This document shows positions 1 through 9,554 of a stretch of DNA of 64,000 nucleotides, one piece after another. Below the pieces are notes generated by a model. The model ran no database searches, had not been told where the DNA came from, and worked only from the letters and a program-made list of their open reading frames with translations. The stretch is taken from positions 98,473 through 162,472 of the IMG/VR virus record IMGVR_UViG_2878528002_000001, one strand, 5' to 3'. Within the stretch, counting starts at the first letter, position 1; each line of letters begins with the position of its first letter. A program made the translations under genes and the position numbers. The DNA is from a virus. Its lineage: Duplodnaviria > Heunggongvirae > Uroviricota > Caudoviricetes.

Positions 1-1
1 A

Positions 2-835
2 AGTAATCTAATCTGTCTATGTCCAGAACATCATCAGAAAGCACATGATAATCATAACAATAATAAATTGTTTAAAGAATTGCAAGAGAGGAAAATTCCT
101 ACTTTTTATAAAGATTCTACATATATGAATATTGTTAGATGGGAATTATTTGGACGGCTACAAGAGTTATGTGAAACTGAAATTGCCTATGGATATGAAA
201 CAAAAATAAACAGAAGAAATGCTAGTCTTGAAAAATATCATTACACTGATGCTGTTTGTATAAAAAATTTTAAAGATACGACATTGACAAAAACAATTTA
301 TATAGTTGAACAAAAACGATGCAATGACAGATGTATGGAAACTTTTACAGACGCAAAATACATTGATAGTAGAGACGGGAAAAGGAAAAATGGAAATCAA
401 TTAGCATATATACGTCTTAGCAATCGCCCGTCTGCAAGAGTAACACAAAAAGAGTATATAGATAATCAACGTATTTACAGAGAGAAAAAGATCTCGCCAG
501 GGAAAAGAACTTTTGTAAAACATTCATATTGTCTCAAAAGTGGAGATTTAATTTACATAAATACAGGCGGACACAAAGGCGTTTTTGCGGAATATGTAAC
601 TGCTCAAAAAGTAAAAAATGGTGGATATAAAATATTATTTACATATGAAGGACAAACAGTAGATAATCCATCTATTACATTGAAATCGTTTGAATATGAA
701 CAACTACGAGAAAATAAATGTGAGAAAATAAAAATAGTGAGAACTCGTAGAGGTATGATTTATCGAAGTGTTGATAGATTGGAATACGAATCATTACATC
801 GTGATCAGTATGATAAAAAACAGAAAGCATCATAA
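2..835 (+). CDS. HNH-endonuclease-like protein, 5'-truncated at window edge (C-terminal part)
   Basis: The reading frame is open from nt 2 with no stop before the annotated TTG at 68. The upstream in-frame translation '..CLCPEHHQKAHDNHN..' resembles the C-x2-C...H-x3-H end of an HNH motif. Confidence 0.4.
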   Translation, partial: SNLICLCPEHHQKAHDNHNNNKLFKELQERKIPTFYKDSTYMNIVRWELFGRLQELCETEIAYGYETKINRRNASLEKYHYTDAVCIKNFKDTTLTKTIYIVEQKRCNDRCMETFTDAKYIDSRDGKRKNGNQLAYIRLSNRPSARVTQKEYIDNQRIYREKKISPGKRTFVKHSYCLKSGDLIYINTGGHKGVFAEYVTAQKVKNGGYKILFTYEGQTVDNPSITLKSFEYEQLRENKCEKIKIVRTRRGMIYRSVDRLEYESLHRDQYDKKQKAS

Positions 836-869
836 CGATGAAACTCACATTTCAGAGAGGAAAGATTGA

Positions 870-1193
870 ATGGATAAAGAACTAGAAACAACATTTGCGA
901 TTGTAGGGTTTATTGTAATAATTTTTATTATGCTTATTATGATCCTTATTATTGTTTGTGGAATAAAAGACTTAATTGTAAAGGCATTTAGAGCATGTAA
1001 AAGAAAATCAGAGATCAAACATAGATTCGATAAGCCTCCTGTAGCTAAATGTTATTGTATTGATTGTAAATATGGATCATATTTCGGAAATATGTCAGAG
1101 ATTGATGGTAGACATGGTAAATGTATGTTATGGAATAGTGATGTGCCAATTAGGGATGATAATTTTTGTTATCGTGCAGATCCGGAGGAATAA
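870..1193 (+). CDS. small membrane protein with Cys-rich C-terminal domain
   Basis: N-terminal hydrophobic helix (FAIVGFIVIIFIMLIMILIIV), then a CxxC-containing region. RBS GAGAGGAAAG is upstream. Confidence 0.4.
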   Translation: MDKELETTFAIVGFIVIIFIMLIMILIIVCGIKDLIVKAFRACKRKSEIKHRFDKPPVAKCYCIDCKYGSYFGNMSEIDGRHGKCMLWNSDVPIRDDNFCYRADPEE

Positions 1194-1570
1194 GGAAAAT
1201 ATGTTTTCAAGAGATTGGGCAATTACAATATTAAATCATCATCCAAATGTGAAGATTACTCATAGGTTATTTAGTACAGATGAGTATATCTATGGACGAA
1301 ATGGTAAAGTATATGACGAATTTGGGAATTGTGTGAAATTTAGTTATAAATTGGACAAAGAAATATCTGAAGTGTTGGATAAGGAAGGAACAGAATGACA
1401 ATTAGAGAATTATATGAATGGGCGAAGCAACAAGGTATTGAAGACTATGATATAGAAATCCAGTACAGAGATGGCGGCGGATATTATGATGGTACAGATG
1501 ATGCATATTTTTACGATATAGAAACAAAACATGATAAGAAGATAATAATAATTTAGAAAGAAGATAAAAT

Positions 1571-1894
1571 ATGAGGTTATTTAGTACAAAGAAAAAATTA
1601 ATTAAAGAAATGGCAAAAGAATTGGCATATTTAGAGATTAACGCAGACTGGTGGTATTACACGACTAAGGTTGAAGAGAAACAGCAGATGTCAAGTCATA
1701 ATCTCGATGGTGTTACAGAGCTTAGATGTATTTGCGATGCTCTTGGAATTTTAAAGGAAGTATATGATGAGGCTTATAAAATCTATGATTTTAGAAACAG
1801 CGGAAGTGACGATTTTAAACCAAACGTTCCATTAATCAGAAAATTGCATGATGAATTTTGTGAACCAATCGCAAAGAAACGTCCGTTTATGTAA
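1571..1894 (+). CDS. hypothetical protein
   Basis: ORF of 107 aa tiling the + strand. No motif recognised. Confidence 0.35.
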   Translation: MRLFSTKKKLIKEMAKELAYLEINADWWYYTTKVEEKQQMSSHNLDGVTELRCICDALGILKEVYDEAYKIYDFRNSGSDDFKPNVPLIRKLHDEFCEPIAKKRPFM

Positions 1895-2062
1895 AAAGAG
1901 GAATACAATAAGACATGAAACAGATACCCAGGCATATGCTATTGCTGCGGAAAGTACGTATCTACAAGATACTGGCATATTGATTATCAGATGCCGGCGG
2001 ATAGCGAGATGGAAGCATGAGTGATGGAATAAAGTCGAAATCGTAAAAGGTAGGGGAGTTGA

Positions 2063-2356
2063 ATGAGTAAATCAGTATTAGTGATGAAAACGCCAGAAAA
2101 AGGTTGTATATCTTGTCCAATTGGTCGATGTTATATTGAATCATTTATCTACTGTCCAATTACAGGAAGATGCGAGTCTGATAAAGAAGCAGAAACGATT
2201 CCTGATTGGTGTCCGTTGAAACCATTGCCGAAGAAAAAGAAAGTAACTGGGATTTATAACGGCGAGTATTTCAAAGCAGGAGGTAAACTGCCGAGCTATA
2301 AGATCGGTTGGAATGATTGTATTAATGCAATTACAGGAGGACATGCGGATGATTGA
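2063..2356 (+). CDS. Cys-rich small protein (paralog of 7294..7566; shared ..SVLxMxTP..C..C...PDWCPLKPLP)
   Basis: Shares the motif KSVL.M.TP...C..C...PDWCPLKPLP with ORF 7294..7566. RBS GGTAGGGGAG is upstream. Confidence 0.5.
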   Translation: MSKSVLVMKTPEKGCISCPIGRCYIESFIYCPITGRCESDKEAETIPDWCPLKPLPKKKKVTGIYNGEYFKAGGKLPSYKIGWNDCINAITGGHADD

Positions 2357-2900
2357 TTTAACAAATACATGTGTTCTGGTTAGAACAAAAGAAGAAAACG
2401 AAATGATTCTCAAAGAAGCTGAGAAGCAGGGATTTCATTGGTACTATGAAGACCATTGTAAGCCATTACAAGAACAGCATTTCCCAGACATTTTAAAATT
2501 TTGCAAAGATAAAGATATCATTCATAGAGCATTTATTAACTCGAATTACGCTTTCTACGAAGCATCAGAACTCCTCGGAACAAAAGAAATGACAGTAAGA
2601 GAGTTTGCTGAACGGATTGCAGATGCAGGCAATTGTTACGAACGTGAATGTTCGGAATGTGTATTTAGCAAAGTGAATACTAAGTGCAGCATCCATTTGT
2701 GTAATATATACAACTGGAAAGGCAACATTGATGAACTCTTTGAAATTGTGAAATCAGGAAGAGCGACAGTTCCTACACCGGAAGAGAAAGCAGTTGAAGA
2801 TATTGAAAAATTTATTGAGAATCCAGACCGCGCAGCATTAAATGATGAATTTGTAGAGTCTTTAAAGCTGGTTGTAGAGAAGTTGAAAGAGGTGAAGTAG
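2313..2900 (+). CDS. hypothetical protein
   Basis: ORF of 195 aa on the + strand. The start may be the internal ATG (MRMIDL). Confidence 0.4.
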   Translation: MIVLMQLQEDMRMIDLTNTCVLVRTKEENEMILKEAEKQGFHWYYEDHCKPLQEQHFPDILKFCKDKDIIHRAFINSNYAFYEASELLGTKEMTVREFAERIADAGNCYERECSECVFSKVNTKCSIHLCNIYNWKGNIDELFEIVKSGRATVPTPEEKAVEDIEKFIENPDRAALNDEFVESLKLVVEKLKEVK

Positions 2901-3335
2901 ATGGAGAGATTAACAAAATGGGAAGATGGTAGTATCACATATAACGAAAAACGAGAGCTTGAGTGTGGTGAATATTGCGATAGCTGCTCACAGGGCGCAG
3001 GAATTTGTAAAACAGTAGAGAATATGATTAAAAAACTTGCTACCTATGAAGATGCAGAAGAACATGGCTCGATTGTGAGATTGCCGTGCAAGGTTGGAGA
3101 TACGGTATGGGATAACGATTTTGGATATCCAGAATCGTATGAAATAAAAGCATTTTCATATGGATATTGCGATAGTTATGTTGAGCCAGATATAGAAGAT
3201 CAAATTATATTTTACTATGAAAATTATAGCGGTTCAATAACAGGAGCTTTCCCAATGAGCGAACTTGGCAAAACCGTATTCCTCACCCATGAAGAAGCTG
3301 AGAAGAAGTTGGAACAACTCAAAAATGAAATTTAA
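2901..3335 (+). CDS. hypothetical Cys-containing protein
   Basis: ORF of 144 aa. The start codon overlaps the upstream stop (TAGATG). Confidence 0.4.
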   Translation: MERLTKWEDGSITYNEKRELECGEYCDSCSQGAGICKTVENMIKKLATYEDAEEHGSIVRLPCKVGDTVWDNDFGYPESYEIKAFSYGYCDSYVEPDIEDQIIFYYENYSGSITGAFPMSELGKTVFLTHEEAEKKLEQLKNEI

Positions 3336-3535
3336 AGAATTTGAAAACTGGTGCAATGAAAGAGCCTGTGATGGATGTTGGGGAATGCTGGAAGCTATGA
3401 CATGTATTGGTTTAATAAAAGAGATTAGAAAAGCCCCATTTTGGAAAAGAGAAAAAATCTGGAAAGAAAATTATGAGCAACAAGTATTGGAAGAGATTAT
3501 TAATCCGATAGAGAAGAAGTTAGAGGAGATGGAAA

Positions 3536-3784
3536 ATGGCAAGTAAAACTATCAAAACAATGGGTGTTACCCCTGTTACAAATATCATTTACTATGGAAA
3601 TGTAAACGAAGAAAAAGGTTTATGGGTAGGTGAGAGAAAAGACGTAACTGATATAGCAATCGCCTCTGTATTTGAATGGTTCATGAATCAAATGGATGGA
3701 AAAGAAGAGTTTGGGATCTCATATCCAGATGTTCCAGGGTTTAAGTTGAAGATGACAAGAGATGAGGTAAAAAATGGAAAATAG
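3536..3784 (+). CDS. hypothetical protein
   Basis: ORF of 82 aa that overlaps both flanking genes, which suggests translational coupling. Confidence 0.35.
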   Translation: MASKTIKTMGVTPVTNIIYYGNVNEEKGLWVGERKDVTDIAIASVFEWFMNQMDGKEEFGISYPDVPGFKLKMTRDEVKNGK

Positions 3785-3974
3785 AAAGCATCAGAATTGC
3801 TTCAAATACATAAATCCGCACGGAACAGTATTCATTTGGTGTAATATCGCAAACAGCAAGCCGTATGATGCAAGTTATCTCGATTCATTTCAAGACGGGC
3901 ATGGTGGTTATGCGGATAATTATAATTATTGTCCGTATTGCGGAAAAAAGTTGGAAGTAATAGAGAAAATGTAA
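3774..3974 (+). CDS. small zinc-ribbon protein (..FKYINPHGTVFIWC...NYNYCPYCGKKL)
   Basis: ORF of 66 aa with a C-terminal CPYC motif. It has a degenerate paralog at 4294..4502. Confidence 0.45.
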   Translation: MENRKHQNCFKYINPHGTVFIWCNIANSKPYDASYLDSFQDGHGGYADNYNYCPYCGKKLEVIEKM

Positions 3975-3992
3975 GGTAAATGGAGATAAGAA

Positions 3993-4259
3993 ATGATTGA
4001 AGTGATAAAAGAAATTTTTATGATACTGGGAATGGGCGTAGTTGCTATCATTATTTACGAATTATTTTACACAATAATCAATAAATTCAATAGATGGCGA
4101 AAGAACGGCTACAAAATTAAATGTCTTTGTAAACCACATAAATACAAATTGGTTTGGTATTGGAGGAATACTGAGGACGCTATTTTGGAATGCAAGAAAT
4201 GTGGTAAAAGAAAGCGAGTATTCATTGATTATGATTCCATTAAGGAGAAATTTCATTAG
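3993..4259 (+). CDS. membrane protein with C-terminal zinc ribbon
   Basis: N-terminal transmembrane helix, then CLCKPH...CKKCGKRK. Confidence 0.4.
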   Translation: MIEVIKEIFMILGMGVVAIIIYELFYTIINKFNRWRKNGYKIKCLCKPHKYKLVWYWRNTEDAILECKKCGKRKRVFIDYDSIKEKFH

Positions 4260-4293
4260 GAGGATTAAAATGAAGTTGAGAAGAAGTTGGAGA

Positions 4294-4502
4294 AGATGAA
4301 GAATGCAGGAATGTTATAAATACATCAATCCTCATGATCATGTGTTCATTTGGTGTAGAGAGCACAATACTAAACCTGGATCTGGTGATTATCTTGTATC
4401 ATTTCAAAATTATACAAAAAGTTATCAAAGTAATTATAACTATTTTGCCCGTATTGTGGAAAGAAATTAAAAGAGGTAAGGAAAAATGGGACAGTGGCAT
4501 AG
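4294..4502 (+). pseudogene. frameshifted paralog of the 3774..3974 zinc-ribbon gene
   Basis: Translates MQECYKYINPHDHVFIWC..NYNYF and then hits a stop. The conserved CPYCGKKL continues in the +1 frame; the shift is an extra T at TATTTTGCCCG compared with TATTGTCCG in the intact copy. Confidence 0.35.
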
Positions 4503-4830
4503 TCATACAATTCCAAAATGTAGAGATAGAGATTGCTCTGATGAACTCCTTGTAACAGTAAAAACAGATTATGGGAAACGGGTAGTTAAGGCAGTGTATT
4601 TTCCTCATCATCACTGTACGATAGAAGAAGTTGGATGCAATATGCCGACTTATATGTTGGAGTATTCAGAAAAAGATAATTCATGGTGGATTCCGGAAGG
4701 ATGGTATGAAGTGAATGATTATTTTGGAGATTATTGTTATTCGACTATTACGGATGAAATAATTGCTTGGTCAAAACTTCAAAAGCCATATGAACCTAGG
4801 ATTAAACAGATGGAGGAATATTATGGATGA
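4486..4830 (+). CDS. hypothetical protein
   Basis: ORF of 114 aa with a GGTAAGGAAAAATG RBS. Confidence 0.4.
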   Translation: MGQWHSHTIPKCRDRDCSDELLVTVKTDYGKRVVKAVYFPHHHCTIEEVGCNMPTYMLEYSEKDNSWWIPEGWYEVNDYFGDYCYSTITDEIIAWSKLQKPYEPRIKQMEEYYG

Positions 4831-5104
4831 GAAAGAGGCTATTGAAAGATTAACAGATCATTTTAGAATACATTATGATGGTAGACCGACTCCATATCTC
4901 GATAAAGCAGTTGCAATAACAATGAATGCATTACATAAGCAGATTCCAAAGAAGCCTAAAAATATAAAGACTATCCTTGACTTTTCAGGCAGATATTATA
5001 CGACAAAAGGTGATTGTCCAGTTTGTAATAGAGAGGGACTTTATAAGTCGGATTTTTACTGCAATAAGTGTGGACAGAAATTAGATTGGGATTTTATGGG
5101 TTAG
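4823..5104 (+). CDS. small protein with C-terminal zinc ribbon (CPVCN..CNKCG)
   Basis: ATG at 4823 preceded by GGAGGAATA. Two CxxC motifs. Confidence 0.4.
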   Translation: MDEKEAIERLTDHFRIHYDGRPTPYLDKAVAITMNALHKQIPKKPKNIKTILDFSGRYYTTKGDCPVCNREGLYKSDFYCNKCGQKLDWDFMG

Positions 5105-5290
5105 AAGGGGGACAATATCAATGGATAAGATCTATTGTATAATGGCGCAGTAATTATTTTGAATATATTTCTTTCACGATGGTATGCTCATCAAGGTAAA
5201 TTAGAAGATGTAATTAATGCATGTGCAACTTCAATAATTGTATCCTTAATGATGATATTGATAAAGATGGGATGAAAGGTTGATTTAAAA

Positions 5291-5725
5291 ATGTATTATT
5301 TTATTTATGATATAAATGACTTTGATAAATTAAACGATATTATAGCAGATTGTAAAAAGAAACAGAGAAAAATATTGAATGAAAAATGGAAGTCTTTATA
5401 TAAAGAATGTTGTCCCAAATATTATGTTGAATTAGAGGAATTAGTTAAAGGATTAGATGTATATAATCATTCTTATAATATAACTAATCATTTAACATTT
5501 ATTTCAGATTGGGTATATTCAGATTTATTTAATAGTAGTTCTATTTATTATATATTACAGTTTTTAAAAGAACACGATTTGTTATTGACAAAAGAAATAA
5601 AACTAATGACATGCGAAGCTTGTGTATGCCAAGGATGCAAATATATAAAAGAACATCTAGGACATACATGCAAAGAATGTAAAGAAAACTATTATACTGG
5701 ATATGAAGGCTATTGTGATGAATGA
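5291..5725 (+). CDS. Cys-rich hypothetical protein
   Basis: ORF of 144 aa with CEACVCQGCKY...CKECKEN. Confidence 0.4.
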   Translation: MYYFIYDINDFDKLNDIIADCKKKQRKILNEKWKSLYKECCPKYYVELEELVKGLDVYNHSYNITNHLTFISDWVYSDLFNSSSIYYILQFLKEHDLLLTKEIKLMTCEACVCQGCKYIKEHLGHTCKECKENYYTGYEGYCDE

Positions 5726-6044
5726 AGTGTTAAATAAATTTCCAATAATGCATTTGATTGGTAGTACGAAAATAGAAAATGAACAACAATTCATAGATGC
5801 TGAGAAATACTATACTAAGAATGGTTATATAGTATTTAAACCTATATTTTTCGGGTTAGATAAAAATGATAAGAGGTTATCTATGTATACCGATATGTGT
5901 ACACAAAAATTAAATATGTGTGATGTAGTTTGTGTCGTTACTGAACATATTGGAGAATCTACGAGAAAAAGAATAGAACAAGCAATGGAATCTGGTAAAG
6001 AAATTATATATTTTAATTTGGAAAGGAATAAACAATATGATTAA
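5703..6044 (+). CDS. hypothetical protein
   Basis: ORF of 113 aa. Confidence 0.35.
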   Translation: MKAIVMNEVLNKFPIMHLIGSTKIENEQQFIDAEKYYTKNGYIVFKPIFFGLDKNDKRLSMYTDMCTQKLNMCDVVCVVTEHIGESTRKRIEQAMESGKEIIYFNLERNKQYD

Positions 6045-6151
6045 AATTGTTTGTATTGTGAGCTTTGTTTTACTTACATGTGTTGCTATTGGTGCATCAT
6101 TTGAATAATGGATAAAAGAAATTTTTTTATTGTATCAAAAGGGGTGATTTT

Positions 6152-6430
6152 ATGACGATAGAAAATAAAACAGATAATAAATATTTAGACGCTCTGATTA
6201 AAGATGCTTTTGATGGAATTCCATATGATGATCCATACATTATTGTCAAAGATTATGATTTAGACAGAGTGTATTTAGATGTTGATGGTGAAGAATTTAA
6301 TATCAGAACATGGAATATTTCGGAAATTGGTAATTCTAAAATTGAAATTATTTATACGTTATTTAAAATCAAAGAAGATTGTGGAGTAAGTATTAAAGAA
6401 GATAAGGTGGTGATTAAATGCGATGGCTGA
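6152..6430 (+). CDS. hypothetical protein
   Basis: ORF of 92 aa with a GGGGTGATTTTATG RBS. Confidence 0.4.
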   Translation: MTIENKTDNKYLDALIKDAFDGIPYDDPYIIVKDYDLDRVYLDVDGEEFNIRTWNISEIGNSKIEIIYTLFKIKEDCGVSIKEDKVVIKCDG

Positions 6431-6600
6431 TTAATTATATTCGTAGCTGTTTTTGTAAACATGAATGGGAATGGATTTTTAATAATGACTTTTATTCACG
6501 AAGTATTGCAACAGGAAAAATGGATGAATGTCCATATAGAACAGAAAAAGTCTATCGTTGTAAAAAATGCGGTATAGAAAAGAGGTATAGGAGTAGTTAA
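6418..6600 (+). CDS. small zinc-ribbon protein
   Basis: CFCKHEW...CPYRTEKVYRCKKCG. Overlaps the neighbouring genes. Confidence 0.35.
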   Translation: MRWLINYIRSCFCKHEWEWIFNNDFYSRSIATGKMDECPYRTEKVYRCKKCGIEKRYRSS

Positions 6601-6911
6601 TGGAATCTTTCGATAAGGAATTATTCATGGAATTGTGCAAGAAATATAATGTAGAAATGAGTGAAACGGCATCTTCCCCAATGATAAAAGACGAATACGG
6701 AACCCATCCTATAAAATATGATCCAGGTTCTGAAAAAGCTTTGCTGACAACTCATACGATATTAGAAAATACATTACGTAAAATGATAGATGGGGAATAT
6801 AGTGGTGAATTATATACTTTTGGAGAGTATGAAATTGCTAAAGGAGTTGTAGGTGAATTATTTTGCACCATAAGAAAGAGTAATGAAAGAGAAGTTTCGT
6901 ATGAAGAATAA
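6600..6911 (+). CDS. hypothetical protein
   Basis: ORF of 103 aa. ATGA overlap with the upstream gene. Confidence 0.4.
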   Translation: MESFDKELFMELCKKYNVEMSETASSPMIKDEYGTHPIKYDPGSEKALLTTHTILENTLRKMIDGEYSGELYTFGEYEIAKGVVGELFCTIRKSNEREVSYEE

Positions 6912-7027
6912 AATGACCATGGTGGAATTTCTGGAAAGATATTTTGGTATGGAGTTTTTGCTGTACCAGAAAATTATTTTAAATCGATTTGAGGAATCAA
7001 CATCATCAAATTTAAACGAGGTGAAAA

Positions 7028-7312
7028 ATGAGAGTAGAAGAAATTGCATTACGCCAGGAAATTCGGCAGATGTTAAATGAAGCAGGAATCAACAGAGAAA
7101 CGCTGCGCGAAATGGCACAGAATACTATTAAAGAAGAAGTCGAAAAACAAGTCAATTTTAAAATATCCCAAACTAATATCATGTCAATGGTGTCATTAAA
7201 TAAATATGAAGTTAGAGATGCGTTCAGAGAAGCAGTAAAAGAACAGGTAAAATCCAATGTTAAAATTTTCGTAAATATTAAGGACAACGAGTTATGTGCA
7301 AATCAGTGTTAA
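7028..7312 (+). CDS. hypothetical protein
   Basis: ORF of 94 aa with an AACGAGGTGAAAAATG RBS. Confidence 0.4.
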   Translation: MRVEEIALRQEIRQMLNEAGINRETLREMAQNTIKEEVEKQVNFKISQTNIMSMVSLNKYEVRDAFREAVKEQVKSNVKIFVNIKDNELCANQC

Positions 7313-7566
7313 CGATGAATACTCCGGATAGGTGTGATGATTGTCTTTGTGTTGACACATACGATTCTTCGTATCAATGGTGCAGATATGCTAAAAAGAA
7401 AATGCCATTTTCTATTCATTTCACAAAACCTGATTGGTGTCCATTAAAACCATTACCAGAGAAAGATGACTGGGATGACCAGTATGACGAATATTATACT
7501 GGATATGCTAACGGCTGGAACAGATGTTTGAGTAAAATCACAGGAGAGTATGATGAGTTATGTTAA
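7294..7566 (+). CDS. Cys-rich small protein (paralog of 2063..2356)
   Basis: Shared motif KSVLTMNTP..C..C....PDWCPLKPLP. Confidence 0.5.
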   Translation: MCKSVLTMNTPDRCDDCLCVDTYDSSYQWCRYAKKKMPFSIHFTKPDWCPLKPLPEKDDWDDQYDEYYTGYANGWNRCLSKITGEYDELC

Positions 7567-8108
7567 TTTCTCTTATAAAATGTATTAATGGCAATGAAAC
7601 AAGATATAAATATCTTCCATTAGAATATTGTTGTGATAAAATGCGGCTGAATCCTATGCTGAATTTGACAAGTGAATGTGATGAAAACAACTATGTATTT
7701 TGTGATGAATGCGAAGAACGATGGAATCCGTGGGCTGATTGCGATCAAAAGTGTGGGATACGAATGGATTCTAAAACTTTTGAGCTACCTCATATAAAAA
7801 TGTTTCGACAGGTATATGATGAAGATGATTTTCCAGTAGATGAAAGTATTTCGATTAAATATTGTCCTCATTGCGGTGAAAAAATAAACATATCAGTTGT
7901 TGGAGAAGTAGATATTACTAATCTTGTAAAAGAATTGGAGAATAAATATATTGCAGCAAGAGAAAAATATGATAACTGTGACAGTATTAAACAAAGAAAA
8001 GCATTATATGAGGAAATGAAAAAAGCTGATAATGAATACGAAGATGTATTCAGATTTGGAGAATTCAAATATAATATTAAGGATGTGAAATGGCATGGCA
8101 ACAGTTAG
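7560..8108 (+). CDS. multi-zinc-ribbon protein
   Basis: ORF of 182 aa with several CxxC pairs (CDECEERW, CPHCGEKI). Confidence 0.4.
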   Translation: MLISLIKCINGNETRYKYLPLEYCCDKMRLNPMLNLTSECDENNYVFCDECEERWNPWADCDQKCGIRMDSKTFELPHIKMFRQVYDEDDFPVDESISIKYCPHCGEKINISVVGEVDITNLVKELENKYIAAREKYDNCDSIKQRKALYEEMKKADNEYEDVFRFGEFKYNIKDVKWHGNS

Positions 8109-8418
8109 TGAAAATTATATTAAACTAAAGAAAAAATGGTACTCAAGATATCACGAATTCGTGTATGTAGATACAGAAAATCATCTGGCAGATGATATTT
8201 TTGTAACAAATAAAATTCCCGTTAAATTCAAAGGGGATTATAAACATGATGATAAAAAATATATTATTGTATATTGTAAAGTGAAATCAAAGTACTTAGA
8301 TGAATTTACAAATTCTCTTGGACAATTAAAAAATAAGATGATTCATAATGGATTCAAGGATTATGAAGTTTTTTGTAAAAATCTGTCAGAAAAAATCTAT
8401 CAAGATTGTCTAAATTAA
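8095..8418 (+). CDS. hypothetical protein
   Basis: ORF of 107 aa. Confidence 0.4.
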   Translation: MATVSENYIKLKKKWYSRYHEFVYVDTENHLADDIFVTNKIPVKFKGDYKHDDKKYIIVYCKVKSKYLDEFTNSLGQLKNKMIHNGFKDYEVFCKNLSEKIYQDCLN

Positions 8419-8581
8419 TTCTAATAAAAATCCCCAATAAATGTGATCACAATTGAATATTGAAAGAAAGATTTTGAAATTTTTCTTTCATGGGCGGGCT
8501 TGCAACCGCCCTATTTAGCAGCACTAAAATTATTTTACGAAAGGAAAAGTAGAGTAATCCTAGGTAAAATGCGTGTACACG

Positions 8582-8603
8582 CCTTGAAAAACAAGGCTTT
8601 TTG
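8582..8603 (+). terminator. rho-independent terminator-like hairpin (CCTTG-AAAAA-CAAGG + CTTTTT)
   Basis: A 5-bp stem with an A5 loop followed by a T-run, preceded by a second palindrome GCGTGTACACGC. It overlaps the TTG start of the methyltransferase gene. Confidence 0.4.
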
Positions 8604-9554
8604 AACGATTCTAATGAAAGAAAAAGTTTATCGGTATTATCATTATTTGATGGCATTTCATGCGGTAGAGTCGCACTTGATCGTTGCGGAATTCCAGTAA
8701 AAGATTATTTTGCATATGAGATTGAACCGAATGCAATCAAAATTAGTAGATACAATTATCCTGAAATTCATCAATGTGGTGATGTATTTGCAGAAGATTT
8801 TTCGAAGTATCAAGGTATAAATCTTTTAATCGGAGGTAGTCCTTGTACAAATTTCTCAGGAGCGAAATGTACTAAAACCGCCAAGGCAAAAAAGGAAACA
8901 AAACCAAATGAAGGTGAAGGATGGGATTTATTTAAGCAGTATGTCAGAGCATTACATGAATCTCAACCAAAATATTTCTTATATGAAAACAATTATAGAA
9001 TTTCACTGGAAATCCAGGATGCAATTTCTGATGCTTTAGGTGTAAAACCAGTGTTGATTGATAGTCAACTCGTTTCCGCGCAGAGAAGAAAGAGATTATA
9101 TTGGACAAACATACCTGTATCGGGACTTCCGGAAGATAAAGGAATATTAGTGAAAGATGTTATCTGTGATGATTCATCATTAATTAAGGAATTTGACGAT
9201 AGGATGAGAAATACATTAATCAAATGTGAGAATTACATAAAATATGATCTAGGTGGTAAAGGACATTATTCGCAGCAAGACAGATTATATTATCTGGACA
9301 ACAAGGCTCCTACGGTTCCGAGATGTAGAACTGAAACTAAGTTCAATGTGTGGTTAGGTGGAGAATTATATAAAAAGACATGTCCATTGGAAATTGAAAG
9401 ACTTCAAACTTTACCAGATGATTACACAAAATACGGCAGAGAAGCAGATGGAACAATTGTTGAAATACCGAAGACAAGAAGATTTGAAGCAATTGGTAAC
9501 GGATGGACAGTTGATATAATCTCATGGATTTTAGGAGGAATAAAGAATGCATAA
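8601..9554 (+). CDS. DNA (cytosine-5)-methyltransferase
   Basis: Motif I LSLFDGISCG, motif IV GGSPCTNFS (the PC catalytic Cys), an ENV-like YENNY and motif VIII QRRKRLYW. The start is TTG, because an in-frame TAA lies 36 nt upstream. Confidence 0.8.
   Translation: MNDSNERKSLSVLSLFDGISCGRVALDRCGIPVKDYFAYEIEPNAIKISRYNYPEIHQCGDVFAEDFSKYQGINLLIGGSPCTNFSGAKCTKTAKAKKETKPNEGEGWDLFKQYVRALHESQPKYFLYENNYRISLEIQDAISDALGVKPVLIDSQLVSAQRRKRLYWTNIPVSGLPEDKGILVKDVICDDSSLIKEFDDRMRNTLIKCENYIKYDLGGKGHYSQQDRLYYLDNKAPTVPRCRTETKFNVWLGGELYKKTCPLEIERLQTLPDDYTKYGREADGTIVEIPKTRRFEAIGNGWTVDIISWILGGIKNA

Noticed and set aside
167-400. Minus-strand ORFs throughout the track, for example 167..400, 10618..10947, 11032..11439, 11540..11968, 11820..12134, 12135..12431, 22709..23077, 53202..53746 and 56349..56663
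   Set aside because: All lie antisense inside longer, motif-bearing + strand genes in a genome with uniform + strand coding. They are low-complexity, lack ribosome-binding sites, and are typical shadow ORFs of AT-rich DNA.
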